A stretch of DNA of 64,000 nucleotides from Pseudomonadota bacterium (GCA_963205305.1 CAUJIC010000025.1:13554-77553); one strand, 5' to 3'. Positions 15,986 through 25,602 are shown, counted from the stretch's first letter. Notes: generated from the letters alone by a model not told the origin. Numbers and translations: made by a program.

Positions 15986-16966
15986 CTAAGCCGCGGGTGT
16001 TTCGTGAATCACGAACGCATCATCCCACGTGCCTTGCGTTGCCGCTTTGGCATATTCCGTCACGCGGTTTTCGAAGAAGTTGGTGTGCTCCACCCCGTTC
16101 ATCAAATCGTCGAGCCATGGCAGTGGGTTTTTCTCGATCTGATACATGGGCTGGAGGCCAAGCTGCCCCAAGCGACGATCGGCGATAAAGCGGATGTAGC
16201 TCTTCACTTCGTTCGGGGTCAGGCCTTGTACTTCGCCCACGCCAAAGGCGAGGTCAATGAAGGCATCTTCGTGCGTCACGATCGTGTTGCAAGCGACATA
16301 GAGCTTGCTGCGCAGTTCGTCCGTCCACACTTCTGGGTTTTCGTCGCAGAAGGTTTTGAACAGGCGGATGATGCTGGTGCAGTGCAAGGTTTCGTCGCGC
16401 ACGCTCCACGTGACGATTTGCCCCATGCCCTTCATTTTGCCAAAGCGTGGGAAGTTGAGCAGGATAGCGAATGAAGCAAACAGTTGTAAGCCTTCGGTGA
16501 AGGCACCAAACACCGCGAGTGTGATGGCGATATCTTCCTTCGTGCTTACGCCAAATTGCTGCATGTAGTCGTATTTATCCTTCATTTCCTTATATTTCAT
16601 GAAGGCCTGATATTCGCTCTCGGGCATGCCGATCGTATCGAGCAAATGGCTGTAGGCGGCGATATGCACCGTTTCCATGTTCGAGAATGCGCTGAGCATC
16701 ATCTGCACTTCGGTGGGTTTGAACACTTGGCTGTAGTTCTTCATGTAGCAGTTGTTCACTTCGATATCCGCCTGCGTGAAGAAGCGGAAGATCTGCGCGA
16801 GCAAGTTTTTCTCGGCGGGGTTCAGGTTCTTTTTCCAATCGCGCACATCATCGGCGAGCGGCACTTCCTCGGGCAGCCAGTGGATGCGCTGTTGCATCAG
16901 CCATGCGTCGTACGCCCATGGGTAGGCAAAGGGTTTATAGATGGGTTTTGCATCGAGTAGTGACAT
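15986..16966 (-). CDS. nrdB: Class Ia ribonucleotide reductase beta subunit
   Basis: Ferritin-like di-iron motifs: METVHIAAYSH (E-x-x-H plus radical Tyr) and VRDETLH. Confidence 0.95.
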   Translation of the reverse strand: MSLLDAKPIYKPFAYPWAYDAWLMQQRIHWLPEEVPLADDVRDWKKNLNPAEKNLLAQIFRFFTQADIEVNNCYMKNYSQVFKPTEVQMMLSAFSNMETVHIAAYSHLLDTIGMPESEYQAFMKYKEMKDKYDYMQQFGVSTKEDIAITLAVFGAFTEGLQLFASFAILLNFPRFGKMKGMGQIVTWSVRDETLHCTSIIRLFKTFCDENPEVWTDELRSKLYVACNTIVTHEDAFIDLAFGVGEVQGLTPNEVKSYIRFIADRRLGQLGLQPMYQIEKNPLPWLDDLMNGVEHTNFFENRVTEYAKAATQGTWDDAFVIHETPAA

Positions 16967-16994
16967 GGTCGGCTCCGTTTCTTTGGCTAAGCAG

Positions 16995-17543
16995 CTATCG
17001 GGTTCTTGTTTTCTTTTCTCTAATATTTTTCACCAGCGCTACGCGCTTTCCTTTGGCTTCGAGTTCATCAATTTTGCGGTAATAATCTACGATTACTTTA
17101 ACGCGTTTATGGTCGCAGCCCAAGGAGTTAATTGCTTCGGTCATTTGGGCAAGGGCGGGTGTCCGCAAATCGCTCAGATAGCGCGCATAATCTTTGGTAG
17201 TAGCCGCATCCGAATGCCCACGCCATTTGGCGTAGAAAGCATCCTCGAACGCTTTGAGATAATCCGATGAAAGTTTGGTATAGCGATTTCTGAACGAAGT
17301 TTTTTCTGCTTCTGTAATTGCTAATTCGTTTGTGCATCTATCGTATACCAAATTCGCCGATGAAGCCAAGATATAGGGTTTCTCATAGGCTTGTAGCTGT
17401 TTATCGCGGTTTACTAGCAGCTCGGGCTTGCCGCCCGAGTTTCGGTTAACGGGCACGTGCTGGTTTGCTGCCTGCGCGAGCACAGGTAGGACGAGCACGC
17501 TAAGCGCAAGCACAATGAAGGGCTTTATTGGCACGCCAAACAT
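16995..17543 (-). CDS. Secreted hypothetical protein (182 aa) embedded between nrdA and nrdB
   Basis: Signal peptide MFGVPIKPFIVLALSVLVLPVLAQA/AN. The ATG overlaps the nrdA 3' end by 19 nt. Confidence 0.5.
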   Translation of the reverse strand: MFGVPIKPFIVLALSVLVLPVLAQAANQHVPVNRNSGGKPELLVNRDKQLQAYEKPYILASSANLVYDRCTNELAITEAEKTSFRNRYTKLSSDYLKAFEDAFYAKWRGHSDAATTKDYARYLSDLRTPALAQMTEAINSLGCDHKRVKVIVDYYRKIDELEAKGKRVALVKNIREKKTRTR

Positions 17544-19336
17544 TCCTCGTATGTCGTGGCTTGCTTCGCCTTCAAGCTCATTTCAAGCTGCACTTCGGGT
17601 GCCTTATTGCTGACCTTATCAGAGCGTTGCAGCGATGCCGAACGGCAGTAGTACAAGCTCTTCACGCCCTTTTTCCATGCCATGAAGTGCAGCATGTGCA
17701 AATCACGCTTGTGGATGTTGGCGGGCAAGAACAGGTTGATGGACGAAGCCTGGCAAATGAACGGTGCGCGGTCACCCGAATGTTCGATCACCCAGCGCTG
17801 ATCCATTTCATAGGCCGTTTTGAAGGTGAGCTTCTCGTTCTCATCGAGGAAATCGAGGTGCTGCACCGAGCCTTCGAGCGTGGTGATGGACGACCAGATT
17901 TCATCCGTGTCCTGACCCTTATCAGCCAGCAATTGCTTCAAGTATTTGTTACGCACTTGGAAGCTGCCCGAGAGGGTTTTTTGGGTGAAGGCGTTCGCCG
18001 CATAAGGCTCAATCCCTGGGCTTGCATTGCCGCAGATGATGGAGATGGATGCGGTGGGCGCAATCGCCATTTTGTTGGAGAAGCGCTCCTTACTGCCAAA
18101 CTCGGCCGCATCGGGGCAGGGCCCGCGCTCTTCGCCCAGCTTGAGCGATGCTGCATCGGCTTGTTTGCGAATATGCTCGAACATTTTCTTGTTCCACACT
18201 TTCGCCATCACCGATTCGAACGGAATCATTTTGCTTTGCAGGTAGGAGTGGAAACCCATCACGCCAAGGCCGACGGAACGCTCGCGCTGTGCCGAATATT
18301 TTGCGCGCGCCATGCTATCGGGCGCGGTTTGGATGAAATCTTCGAGCACGTTATCGAGGAAGCGCATCACATCCTCGATAAAGGTGGGGTGCGATTTCCA
18401 CTCGTCGAAATATTCGACATTGAGCGAGCTGAGGCAGCACACCGCTGTACGGCTGACGCCGTGGTGGTCGAAGCCTGTTGGCAGGGTGATCTCGGAGCAT
18501 AGATTGCTCATTTTCACGTAGAGGCCAGCCTCTTTGTGGTGCTGTGGAATCGCCTTGTTCACCGTGTCGATGAAGATGATGTAAGGCTCGCCCGTTTCGA
18601 TGCGGGTGGTGAGCAATTTCGCCCACAAATCACGCGCCTTCACGGTTTCCACTACATGCTTATCTTTCGGCGAGAGGAGATCCCATTTCTCGTCTTTCTC
18701 TACCGCTTCCATGAACGCATCCGTCACCGCGATGCCGTGGTGGAGGTTGAGCGCTTTGCGGTTGGGGTCACCACCCGTTGGGCGACGAATATCGATGAAT
18801 TCTTCCACCTCTGGGTGTGAAATATCGAGGTATACAGCGGATGAGCCACGACGCAGCGAGCCTTGCGAAATAGCGAGCGTCAAGGAATCCTGTACGCGCA
18901 CGAAGGGAACCACGCCCGAGGTTTTACCATTGCGGCCGACTTTTTCGCCCAGCGCACGCAGGTTGCCCCAGTAGGAACCAATTCCGCCGCCACGGCTTGC
19001 GAGCCAGACGTTCTCGTTCCACAAATCAACAATGCCTTGCAGCGAATCTTCGGTTTCGTTCAAGAAGCATGAAATGGGCAAGCCGCGCGCTTTGGTGTCG
19101 CCTTTCAGGGTGCCGCCATTGGAGAGGATGGGGGTGGCGGGCATGAACCACATTTTGGAGATGTAATCGTAGATGCGACCTGCATGGTCTTCGTCGTCGG
19201 CATAGAAGCCCGCAACGCGCGCGAAAAGCTCCTGATATTTTTCATCGGGCAAGAGGTAGCGATCATCCAGCGTCGCGCGGCCGAAATCGGTGAGGTATTT
19301 GTCGCGCGAATAATCTAAGTTGATTCCGGTAGCCAT
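17525..19336 (-). CDS. nrdA: Class Ia ribonucleotide reductase alpha subunit (no ATP-cone)
   Basis: 603 aa. Contains PATPILSNGG, NLCSEI, and C-terminal ...YEECLACQ redox cysteines. There is no N-terminal ATP-cone sequence. Confidence 0.95.
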   Translation of the reverse strand: MATGINLDYSRDKYLTDFGRATLDDRYLLPDEKYQELFARVAGFYADDEDHAGRIYDYISKMWFMPATPILSNGGTLKGDTKARGLPISCFLNETEDSLQGIVDLWNENVWLASRGGGIGSYWGNLRALGEKVGRNGKTSGVVPFVRVQDSLTLAISQGSLRRGSSAVYLDISHPEVEEFIDIRRPTGGDPNRKALNLHHGIAVTDAFMEAVEKDEKWDLLSPKDKHVVETVKARDLWAKLLTTRIETGEPYIIFIDTVNKAIPQHHKEAGLYVKMSNLCSEITLPTGFDHHGVSRTAVCCLSSLNVEYFDEWKSHPTFIEDVMRFLDNVLEDFIQTAPDSMARAKYSAQRERSVGLGVMGFHSYLQSKMIPFESVMAKVWNKKMFEHIRKQADAASLKLGEERGPCPDAAEFGSKERFSNKMAIAPTASISIICGNASPGIEPYAANAFTQKTLSGSFQVRNKYLKQLLADKGQDTDEIWSSITTLEGSVQHLDFLDENEKLTFKTAYEMDQRWVIEHSGDRAPFICQASSINLFLPANIHKRDLHMLHFMAWKKGVKSLYYCRSASLQRSDKVSNKAPEVQLEMSLKAKQATTYEECLACQ

Positions 19337-19891
19337 GATTCACACCCCTTAGCGTTTTTGTTGTTGGTAGTTTCCCTGTTTTCCGACGGCATTTGTGGCG
19401 TTTTCGGCCTTTTTCGCCCCCGGAAGACGGATACTACATCTTGTGTCCCCTCTGTCTAGGCACAAAATTGTATGGAACCGATTATATTTTTCTTGCATGG
19501 GCATTTTCTTTTTTAATTCAGATAATTAAATCCTGTGCATGGAAGCCACAGCGGGTGAAATTCGTGGTGCTACCCCCAACTGTTGCACAACAACATCTAG
19601 TGTGTCCGAGATGGGATACGCACCCTAGGGTTGACTTCCAATCCCGATACCGGCCAATAGCGTTACTGCACCCCCAAGCTAACCCACTCGCCCCCCATGT
19701 CTATCGGGAAATATCGGTGGATTATAAGTATTATATAGTGACGAAAAAACAGGCTTCTAGGGGAGTTGTGCAACTATGCACACGCGATGCACAGGGTTAT
19801 CCCGATGGTCGATTCGTACTGTACTAAAACACTGGCAATGCACCACAAAACACTTGGCCATGGCCGAGCGCTCCTGTAGAGCCATCCGCAT

Positions 19892-19968
19892 GGACCCGTA
19901 GCTCAACTGGATAGAGCGTTGCCCTCCGAAGGCAAAGGTTGCTGGTTCGACTCCAGTCGGGTCCGCCA
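19892..19968 (+). tRNA. tRNA-Arg (anticodon CCG)
   Basis: GGACCCGTAGCTCAACTGGATAGAGCGTTGCCCTCCGAAGGCAAAGGTTGCTGGTTCGACTCCAGTCGGGTCCGCCA folds as a cloverleaf; CCA is encoded. Confidence 0.9.
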
Positions 19969-19994
19969 ATTAATCCAATCACTTATAACGAACG

Positions 19995-21149
19995 TTACCG
20001 TGATCCACGCCCAACCGTGGGTGGCGAGGCGGGGATGGGGACGAGATGCCCCATATAGTGTGCTGTCAATCGCCGAATCGTGTTGGGGTTGGGCAAGACA
20101 TGTTTCCCTTTCGATAAACTGTCTGTCGCCGCGTGTGTCATGGAGTTCAGCATATGAAGCGAGTTACTGATCTGAACATCCGCCGCTGCATTCAGGCGTG
20201 TATGTTCATTCGGTGCCAATAATGAAACCGTATGGCCGCTTTCATTGTTGAAGCTGTAATTCTGGAACACGGTTTTGCTGCCATCGTGCAGTGCGGCTTG
20301 CAAGCCTTTGAAGAAAGTGGCCTGACGATTGGCCGATTCGATGATCGAGGTTGGTCTTGTGAAATCGGCACCCATTTCCTGCAAAAGGGCATAGGTACCG
20401 TTTTGGAAATCTATTGCGTTGCCTGCAAACGAAGCCACATCGCGATTGGCAAAATCTGCTGCGGTGAGTGCAATGGCATGTACTTCGTTACGCGTGAGGG
20501 CAGGGGCGTCATCTACCTTGATGGTTTCAATGCGTGTAGCGAGCTGCTGCGTAGCATCGGGTGCAACAAAAGGGATGGTTGCTTGATGGATGGCCACTAA
20601 GCCTATTTTCGCGTCGGGGGTGAGGTTGGGGTTGATTTCCAAACTATGCAGCGCACTTAAAAACTCGTTCTGCCCTGCGAATTTATTGAGTTTTTCACCC
20701 GCCTTAAACCCAAACACGTCCATAGCAATTTCTAGGTTCTGCTGTTGGATGGAGGCAAGCTTACCCATCGCGTGCGTGTCGATAATACGATATTCGCCCG
20801 TTTGTGTTGGCGTTACATAGGGGCGGATGCCGGCTTCGATAGGGGGCGTAATGCGCCCGCCATCCGCACCGATATAGACTGTATCATGGTCACGTGCGGC
20901 AATGGCATAAAGGTTTGCCATGGTTTGGGCGGTGGGGCGATCGATCCCGCGTCCGGTGAGTGTCGCGGCGATGGTGTGGCTTCCCGCAAGCAGGTCCGCA
21001 AAATGAGCAACGGTGTGGTAATAGCGCGTGGGTTGGCTTCCCGCTTCGGTTGCGAATTGCGTTCCCTTAGCGGCGATGGTAGGCGGCACACCGAGTGCGG
21101 TCGCAGCAATCGTCGCGTCATCCAACGAGGGAATTTTTGTTTCGGACAT
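19995..21149 (-). CDS. Hypothetical protein (384 aa) with a weak HD-phosphohydrolase-like motif pair
   Basis: RYYHTVAHFADLL ... AARDHDTVY resembles the YHxxxH...HD arrangement. The rest is unrecognised. Confidence 0.35.
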   Translation of the reverse strand: MSETKIPSLDDATIAATALGVPPTIAAKGTQFATEAGSQPTRYYHTVAHFADLLAGSHTIAATLTGRGIDRPTAQTMANLYAIAARDHDTVYIGADGGRITPPIEAGIRPYVTPTQTGEYRIIDTHAMGKLASIQQQNLEIAMDVFGFKAGEKLNKFAGQNEFLSALHSLEINPNLTPDAKIGLVAIHQATIPFVAPDATQQLATRIETIKVDDAPALTRNEVHAIALTAADFANRDVASFAGNAIDFQNGTYALLQEMGADFTRPTSIIESANRQATFFKGLQAALHDGSKTVFQNYSFNNESGHTVSLLAPNEHTRLNAAADVQISNSLHMLNSMTHAATDSLSKGKHVLPNPNTIRRLTAHYMGHLVPIPASPPTVGRGSR

Positions 21150-21492
21150 GTTGCCTACACCAAAAAATTGAGGGTCGAACTGGCATCCAAGATACCATTA
21201 ATGGGGGAGATTGTAAACAAACCTAGGTGCGGCGCCTGTCGGCGTTACATGCTGTTTTTTATTAATAAAGTGGAATTATGGGAGGTTGTTTAGGGGCGTT
21301 GCATGTGCGTCTAACCATCGCGGTGGTCGGCTGAAAGCCTCCCATAGCGATGCTAAGACTTCCATGAGTTTCATATTTTTTCGAGGGTTCACATGTCCGT
21401 CTAAGGTTTTTTCAGCGCTTCGTGAAACGAAGCTTGAAACATCCTAGACTCCCATGATTTCTTCGTGAAAATACATGTATTTTCACTTGAAA

Positions 21493-21540
21493 TGGTGCCG
21501 GTTGCAGGAATTGAACCCGCGACCTTCGGTTTACAAAACC
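21493..21540 (-). repeat. attR: 48-bp copy of the tRNA-Thr 3' portion
   Basis: tggtgccggttgcaggaattgaacccgcgaccttcggtttacaaaacc is identical to 27614-27661. Confidence 0.9.
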
Positions 21541-21725
21541 TATTGAGAACACCTTCTATTGCCACTCCATGACATTCAGTGACAAGGAATCGTAGCAATA
21601 CCAACGATTTTTGCAAGCTGTTAGTTCGATTTGTTGTCACGCTGGTACATGGAGAATCAGCCATTTTCACGACTCATTGCTCCTATAGTGCTCCTCAGGA
21701 AACATCTTCTTAGATCATCCAGCCC

Positions 21726-24344
21726 TCAAAGTATAAAATCCGAGCTAAGCAGACTATGCGAGCCGACGAGCTGTATCTCGAAATTCGCACTACCATTACC
21801 GTCTGTATCAAACCCCACAATCGTATTGCCCGAAGCAATGGCGTAATTGATAGCAGGCGTGGCACCACCGCTAAACGCAGACGTACCTATGAACGCAAAT
21901 GTCCCTGCAAACGTTGATACATCGATGCGGTCTCCTAGCGCGTGACTGAAATCCGTAATGATATCGCGGTTGAGTGCACCCATGCCTGAGTCAGCGATTG
22001 CTTTATAAATGAAGTAATCAGCCCCAGCGCCACCTGTCGATGTATCAACACCCGCATTACCAGTGATGGAATCATTGCCTGCACCGCCTATAAGCGTGTT
22101 GGCAGAACTGTTCCCGTACAGATAATCCGCATAAGAAGAACCTGTAAGATTCTCGACATTGACCACATTATCCCATGCAGCATCACCATTCCAATAATTG
22201 TTGGCGCTCAGATCGGCACTTACCCACGTGGCGGATGTCTCGAACGAAAGTGTGTCCGTTCCTGAACCGCCATCGATATAATCGGAACCCAAGCCACCGA
22301 TGAGAACATCGTTGCCGTCACCGCCATAAAGCGTATCGTTGCCTACATTGCCTTCAAGCCGGTCATTGCCCGCAGCGCCTGTTAGTGTATCGTTACCGTC
22401 ACCGCCAGCCAATGCGTTTGCAGTTGCGTTACCAGCCAAATTATCGTTGTAAGCGGAGCCGATAATGTTTTCGACATTAACCACGTTGTCCCATGCCGCA
22501 TCACTGTTCCAATGGTTATTTGCTCCAAGATCAACATTAACCCACGCTGTCGAAGTTGCATACGAAATCGTATCTATTCCTGCACCACCATCAATGTAAT
22601 CCGAGCCTGCGCCACCCGCGATTAAGTCATCGCCATCGCCGCCATAAAGCGAATCGTTTCCAATATCGCCGTTGAGTGTATCGTTACCTGCCAGCCCAGA
22701 AATACTATCATTTCCGAGCCCGCCAACGATTGAGTTCGCCAACGCGTTACCAGCCAAATTATCATTAAATGCGGAACCGATAATGTTTTCGACATTGAGG
22801 ATATTGTCCCATGCCGCATCGCCGTTCCAATGATTGTTGGCATTGAGATCGACGTTCACCCATACGCTTGACGCAATGTATGCAACAGTATCTAATCCTG
22901 CGCCACCATCGATATAATCTGAACCTGCAGAGCCAGTGAGCATATCGTTGCCATCGCCGCCGAACAGCGTGTCGTTACCGATGCTACCATCCAGCGTGTC
23001 ATCGCCTTCGGCCCCAGTGAGACTATCGCTACCATTTAAGCCAATCAATACATCACCAGACACACCGCCGGTTATCGTATCATTGAAATTCGAGCCTTCG
23101 ATTTGTTCGATATTGTATATGATATCTCCAGCAGCAGCATCACCTATATTTACATTTGTGCCAAGGTTGACATTCACTGCAGCACTCGAGGCGACATACC
23201 TGACGGTATCGACTCCAAGTCCGCCATTTAACGTATCCGCGCCCGCACCGCCAACGAGAACATTATTGCCGCTGTTACCAGTGATAATGTTGTTTAGGCT
23301 ATTGCCAGTAAGCGATAAATTGGAAGTGCTCAAAGCTGTTAAATTTTCAAGATTACCGCCAAGAGAGTAGCTAATGCTTGTACGTACTGTATCAGAGCCT
23401 TCGCCCGTATTTTCCAGAATAGTATCGCTAACAGTATCAATGACATAGATGTCATTGCCGACGCCACCTATGAGCGAGTCGTTGCCTGCGCCGCCATCTA
23501 GGTAGTCACTGCCATTCCCGCCAGAGAGACTATCGTTACCTGCAGCACCGCTCAGGCTATCGCTACCATCACCACCAGAGATAGAATCGTTGCCACTGCC
23601 CCCCACGATTGTATTGTTTTCGGCGTCACCGTTTATAGTGGATGAATGTGTGTAGGATACAGAAAATGTGTTCCAGCTGTATACATCAGTAGGTCTGATA
23701 TAGAGCAGCCCATCATTTTCGGGAATGTCAACATTGATGATTGTTGCGTACTGAGTGCCCATAATAATATTGTAACTTACATCTTCGTATGCTTCGCGGA
23801 TTGCCAGCTGATGCGTGGCGGGATCAAATTCAAAAGCGATGCCCGTCCGATTGGATGCGCTGAAATAAGTGAACATAATAAATTTTCCGTTATCCTGTAA
23901 ATGGCCAGTCCATTGTGTGTGCGTATCAGAAAATTTTAGCATGAGCTCGTTATCTGACGACGAATCATCAATAGTCAGTGCATGTGCAGCATCCGTTTTT
24001 ATAAGGTATGTATCAATTCCGGCGCCTCCCATCAGCAGGCTGGCGCCAGTTGCTGCACCACCTAATGTATCATTACCCGAAGAACCAATGACCTTCTCCA
24101 CATTGGACATAACATCGCCAGCGGCATCGCCACTCGTCTGAGCTGTTACGAGGCTTAGATCAACGTTCACCGCACTGGCAGATTTGGCATAGCTCACAGT
24201 ATCAATACCTGCATCGCCATTTAGCATATCAGCGCCTGCACCACCAATAAGCAGGTCATCGCCACCGCCACCTGAGAGGCTGTCATTACCCAATGCACCA
24301 TCAATGGTGTTTGCGCCCGTATGCGATTGGCCTATAACCATCAT
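21726..24344 (-). CDS. Large RTX (repeats-in-toxin) calcium-binding repeat protein, probable type I secretion substrate
   Basis: Dozens of GGxGxDxUx nonapeptides (for example GGNGSDYLDGGAGNDSLIGGVGNDIY). Three ~97-aa super-repeats (...SDYIDGGAGxDT...WVNVDLxANNHWN.DAAWDN...). The acidic-then-hydrophobic C-terminus ...SSDFIL matches the tail of T1SS substrates. Confidence 0.85.
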   Translation of the reverse strand: MMVIGQSHTGANTIDGALGNDSLSGGGGDDLLIGGAGADMLNGDAGIDTVSYAKSASAVNVDLSLVTAQTSGDAAGDVMSNVEKVIGSSGNDTLGGAATGASLLMGGAGIDTYLIKTDAAHALTIDDSSSDNELMLKFSDTHTQWTGHLQDNGKFIMFTYFSASNRTGIAFEFDPATHQLAIREAYEDVSYNIIMGTQYATIINVDIPENDGLLYIRPTDVYSWNTFSVSYTHSSTINGDAENNTIVGGSGNDSISGGDGSDSLSGAAGNDSLSGGNGSDYLDGGAGNDSLIGGVGNDIYVIDTVSDTILENTGEGSDTVRTSISYSLGGNLENLTALSTSNLSLTGNSLNNIITGNSGNNVLVGGAGADTLNGGLGVDTVRYVASSAAVNVNLGTNVNIGDAAAGDIIYNIEQIEGSNFNDTITGGVSGDVLIGLNGSDSLTGAEGDDTLDGSIGNDTLFGGDGNDMLTGSAGSDYIDGGAGLDTVAYIASSVWVNVDLNANNHWNGDAAWDNILNVENIIGSAFNDNLAGNALANSIVGGLGNDSISGLAGNDTLNGDIGNDSLYGGDGDDLIAGGAGSDYIDGGAGIDTISYATSTAWVNVDLGANNHWNSDAAWDNVVNVENIIGSAYNDNLAGNATANALAGGDGNDTLTGAAGNDRLEGNVGNDTLYGGDGNDVLIGGLGSDYIDGGSGTDTLSFETSATWVSADLSANNYWNGDAAWDNVVNVENLTGSSYADYLYGNSSANTLIGGAGNDSITGNAGVDTSTGGAGADYFIYKAIADSGMGALNRDIITDFSHALGDRIDVSTFAGTFAFIGTSAFSGGATPAINYAIASGNTIVGFDTDGNGSANFEIQLVGSHSLLSSDFIL

Positions 24345-25077
24345 CAGCAGTATCTATGAATTTGGTAATTCCAGTGTTCCACAGATCATTCGCAGCAGAT
24401 TCAAATTCAAGTGCAAGTGCGGCTTTCGCACTAACGGCTGCGAGGGCTTTAGCTTCAAAGACATACGCAGAGTCGACTAAATATTGATCATTCGTGTAGC
24501 TAATTACCGGCGCTGTGCCTGTGAAATTTAAATCTATAGTCCTGCCTATGTTCCAAGGGTCAATGTAAGGCTTTATAACATTGTTAAGACTCGCCGAAGC
24601 GCCCGCGCCAGTAAAATCAAAATTGTCTGCTTGCGGTGCAATCTGAAGGCCCGAAATATATCTTGCACCATTTGCATCGACTATAAATTTTAAATTGGCG
24701 CTATCTACAATGTTGTAGGTTGTATTATTAAATACGAAGGTGCGCTCAAAATAGTCGCCAGTTCCATCGCGATAATCATACTGTTGCAAAGATTTAGTAG
24801 TGCCCCCAGAGCCTAACACGCCTTGTAACTCACTGAGCGAGTATTGGTGATTTAGTGTTAGAGCATTGGCAGAATTAAAGAATTTTGATACAATTTCAAA
24901 TTCACTTGCTTTTGCAAAACGCCCCCCACCTGTTTGCATAAAATCAATGACATTGATGCTTACTGGTGATCCCGTAGCTCCCGAAGTTCTAATTAAACTG
25001 TCGCTTGTTAAATTACTGGGGACGCCGTTGGCATATAGATATTTCGTTACAACTTCGTTTATTAGTGCCGTTGTCAT
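24301..25077 (-). CDS. Hypothetical protein (258 aa); probably the detached N-terminal part of the RTX protein
   Basis: Overlaps the RTX ORF by 44 nt in a different frame. Its composition is Gly/Asn/Thr/Ser-rich, similar to the RTX ORF. Confidence 0.45.
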   Translation of the reverse strand: MTTALINEVVTKYLYANGVPSNLTSDSLIRTSGATGSPVSINVIDFMQTGGGRFAKASEFEIVSKFFNSANALTLNHQYSLSELQGVLGSGGTTKSLQQYDYRDGTGDYFERTFVFNNTTYNIVDSANLKFIVDANGARYISGLQIAPQADNFDFTGAGASASLNNVIKPYIDPWNIGRTIDLNFTGTAPVISYTNDQYLVDSAYVFEAKALAAVSAKAALALEFESAANDLWNTGITKFIDTADDGYRPIAYGRKHH

Positions 25078-25107
25078 TGGAACCCCCTAACTAGTTGAGA
25101 ATTTATT

Positions 25108-25602
25108 TTACTGGTACCACCTTAATTCATTGCCTACGCCAATAGCTGAAGCGCAATTGTTGTATGTAACTATGGTGTCAATTGTTTTTCTTTGCATCTG
25201 ATTGTTACGATCAAGATATTGAATGCGGAGCTTTACGTGCAGACTGTCATTGGCGCTATCTCCTGAAAGCGATTGCACGCTATCATGACCAAAGTTGCAA
25301 CAATCAGTATTCTGGGTTCGCAAATCATGAATATCTCGATAAGGAACGATTTTAAACTCTTCGTACTCATTAATCACCGAATTGCCAGGCTTAGGATGGT
25401 CGGCAAAAATCCTTAACGAGTCTGCTGTGTTTAAGAACTCAAGGACTTTTACTATTTTCTCTTCATCGTTTAACCAGCGCTTATCGGCCCAGCAAAAGCC
25501 TGTCATGTTAAGGCCACCCCAGACAAGAACGCGCAGCGACAGCAGCACTAAAACAGCGAATATTGCAAATTTGATAGGGTGCGCTTTGATGTAATCAGTC
25601 AT
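25108..25602 (-). CDS. Membrane-anchored hypothetical protein (164 aa)
   Basis: Single N-terminal TM segment (FAIFAVLVLLSLRVLVWGGL). No recognised domain. Island cargo. Confidence 0.4.
   Translation of the reverse strand: MTDYIKAHPIKFAIFAVLVLLSLRVLVWGGLNMTGFCWADKRWLNDEEKIVKVLEFLNTADSLRIFADHPKPGNSVINEYEEFKIVPYRDIHDLRTQNTDCCNFGHDSVQSLSGDSANDSLHVKLRIQYLDRNNQMQRKTIDTIVTYNNCASAIGVGNELRWYQ

Noticed and set aside
17528-18502. Long antisense ORFs inside well-supported genes. Examples: 17528-18502 in nrdA, 16004-16474 and 16556-16960 in nrdB, 42477-43739 across ppx/ppk, 30250-31086 across rsmE/gshA, 37005-37763 in comM, 58338-58928 in scoB.
   Set aside because: Each lies opposite a gene with strong family motifs. 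Their translations are Arg/Gly/His-rich low-complexity strings, typical of shadow frames in GC-rich coding DNA. None has an RBS or a recognisable motif.
19393-19827. 144-aa ORF in the nrdA upstream region.
   Set aside because: It has no RBS, an odd Cys/Trp/Pro-rich composition, and spans an AT-rich tract and the NrdR-like boxes. It is treated as non-coding leader/promoter DNA.
22080-23000. ~290-bp tandem DNA repeats, considered as a possible CRISPR-like or satellite array.
   Set aside because: They lie in frame within the RTX ORF and encode the ~97-aa super-repeats of the protein. There is no unique-spacer architecture. No CRISPR array is present anywhere in the window.
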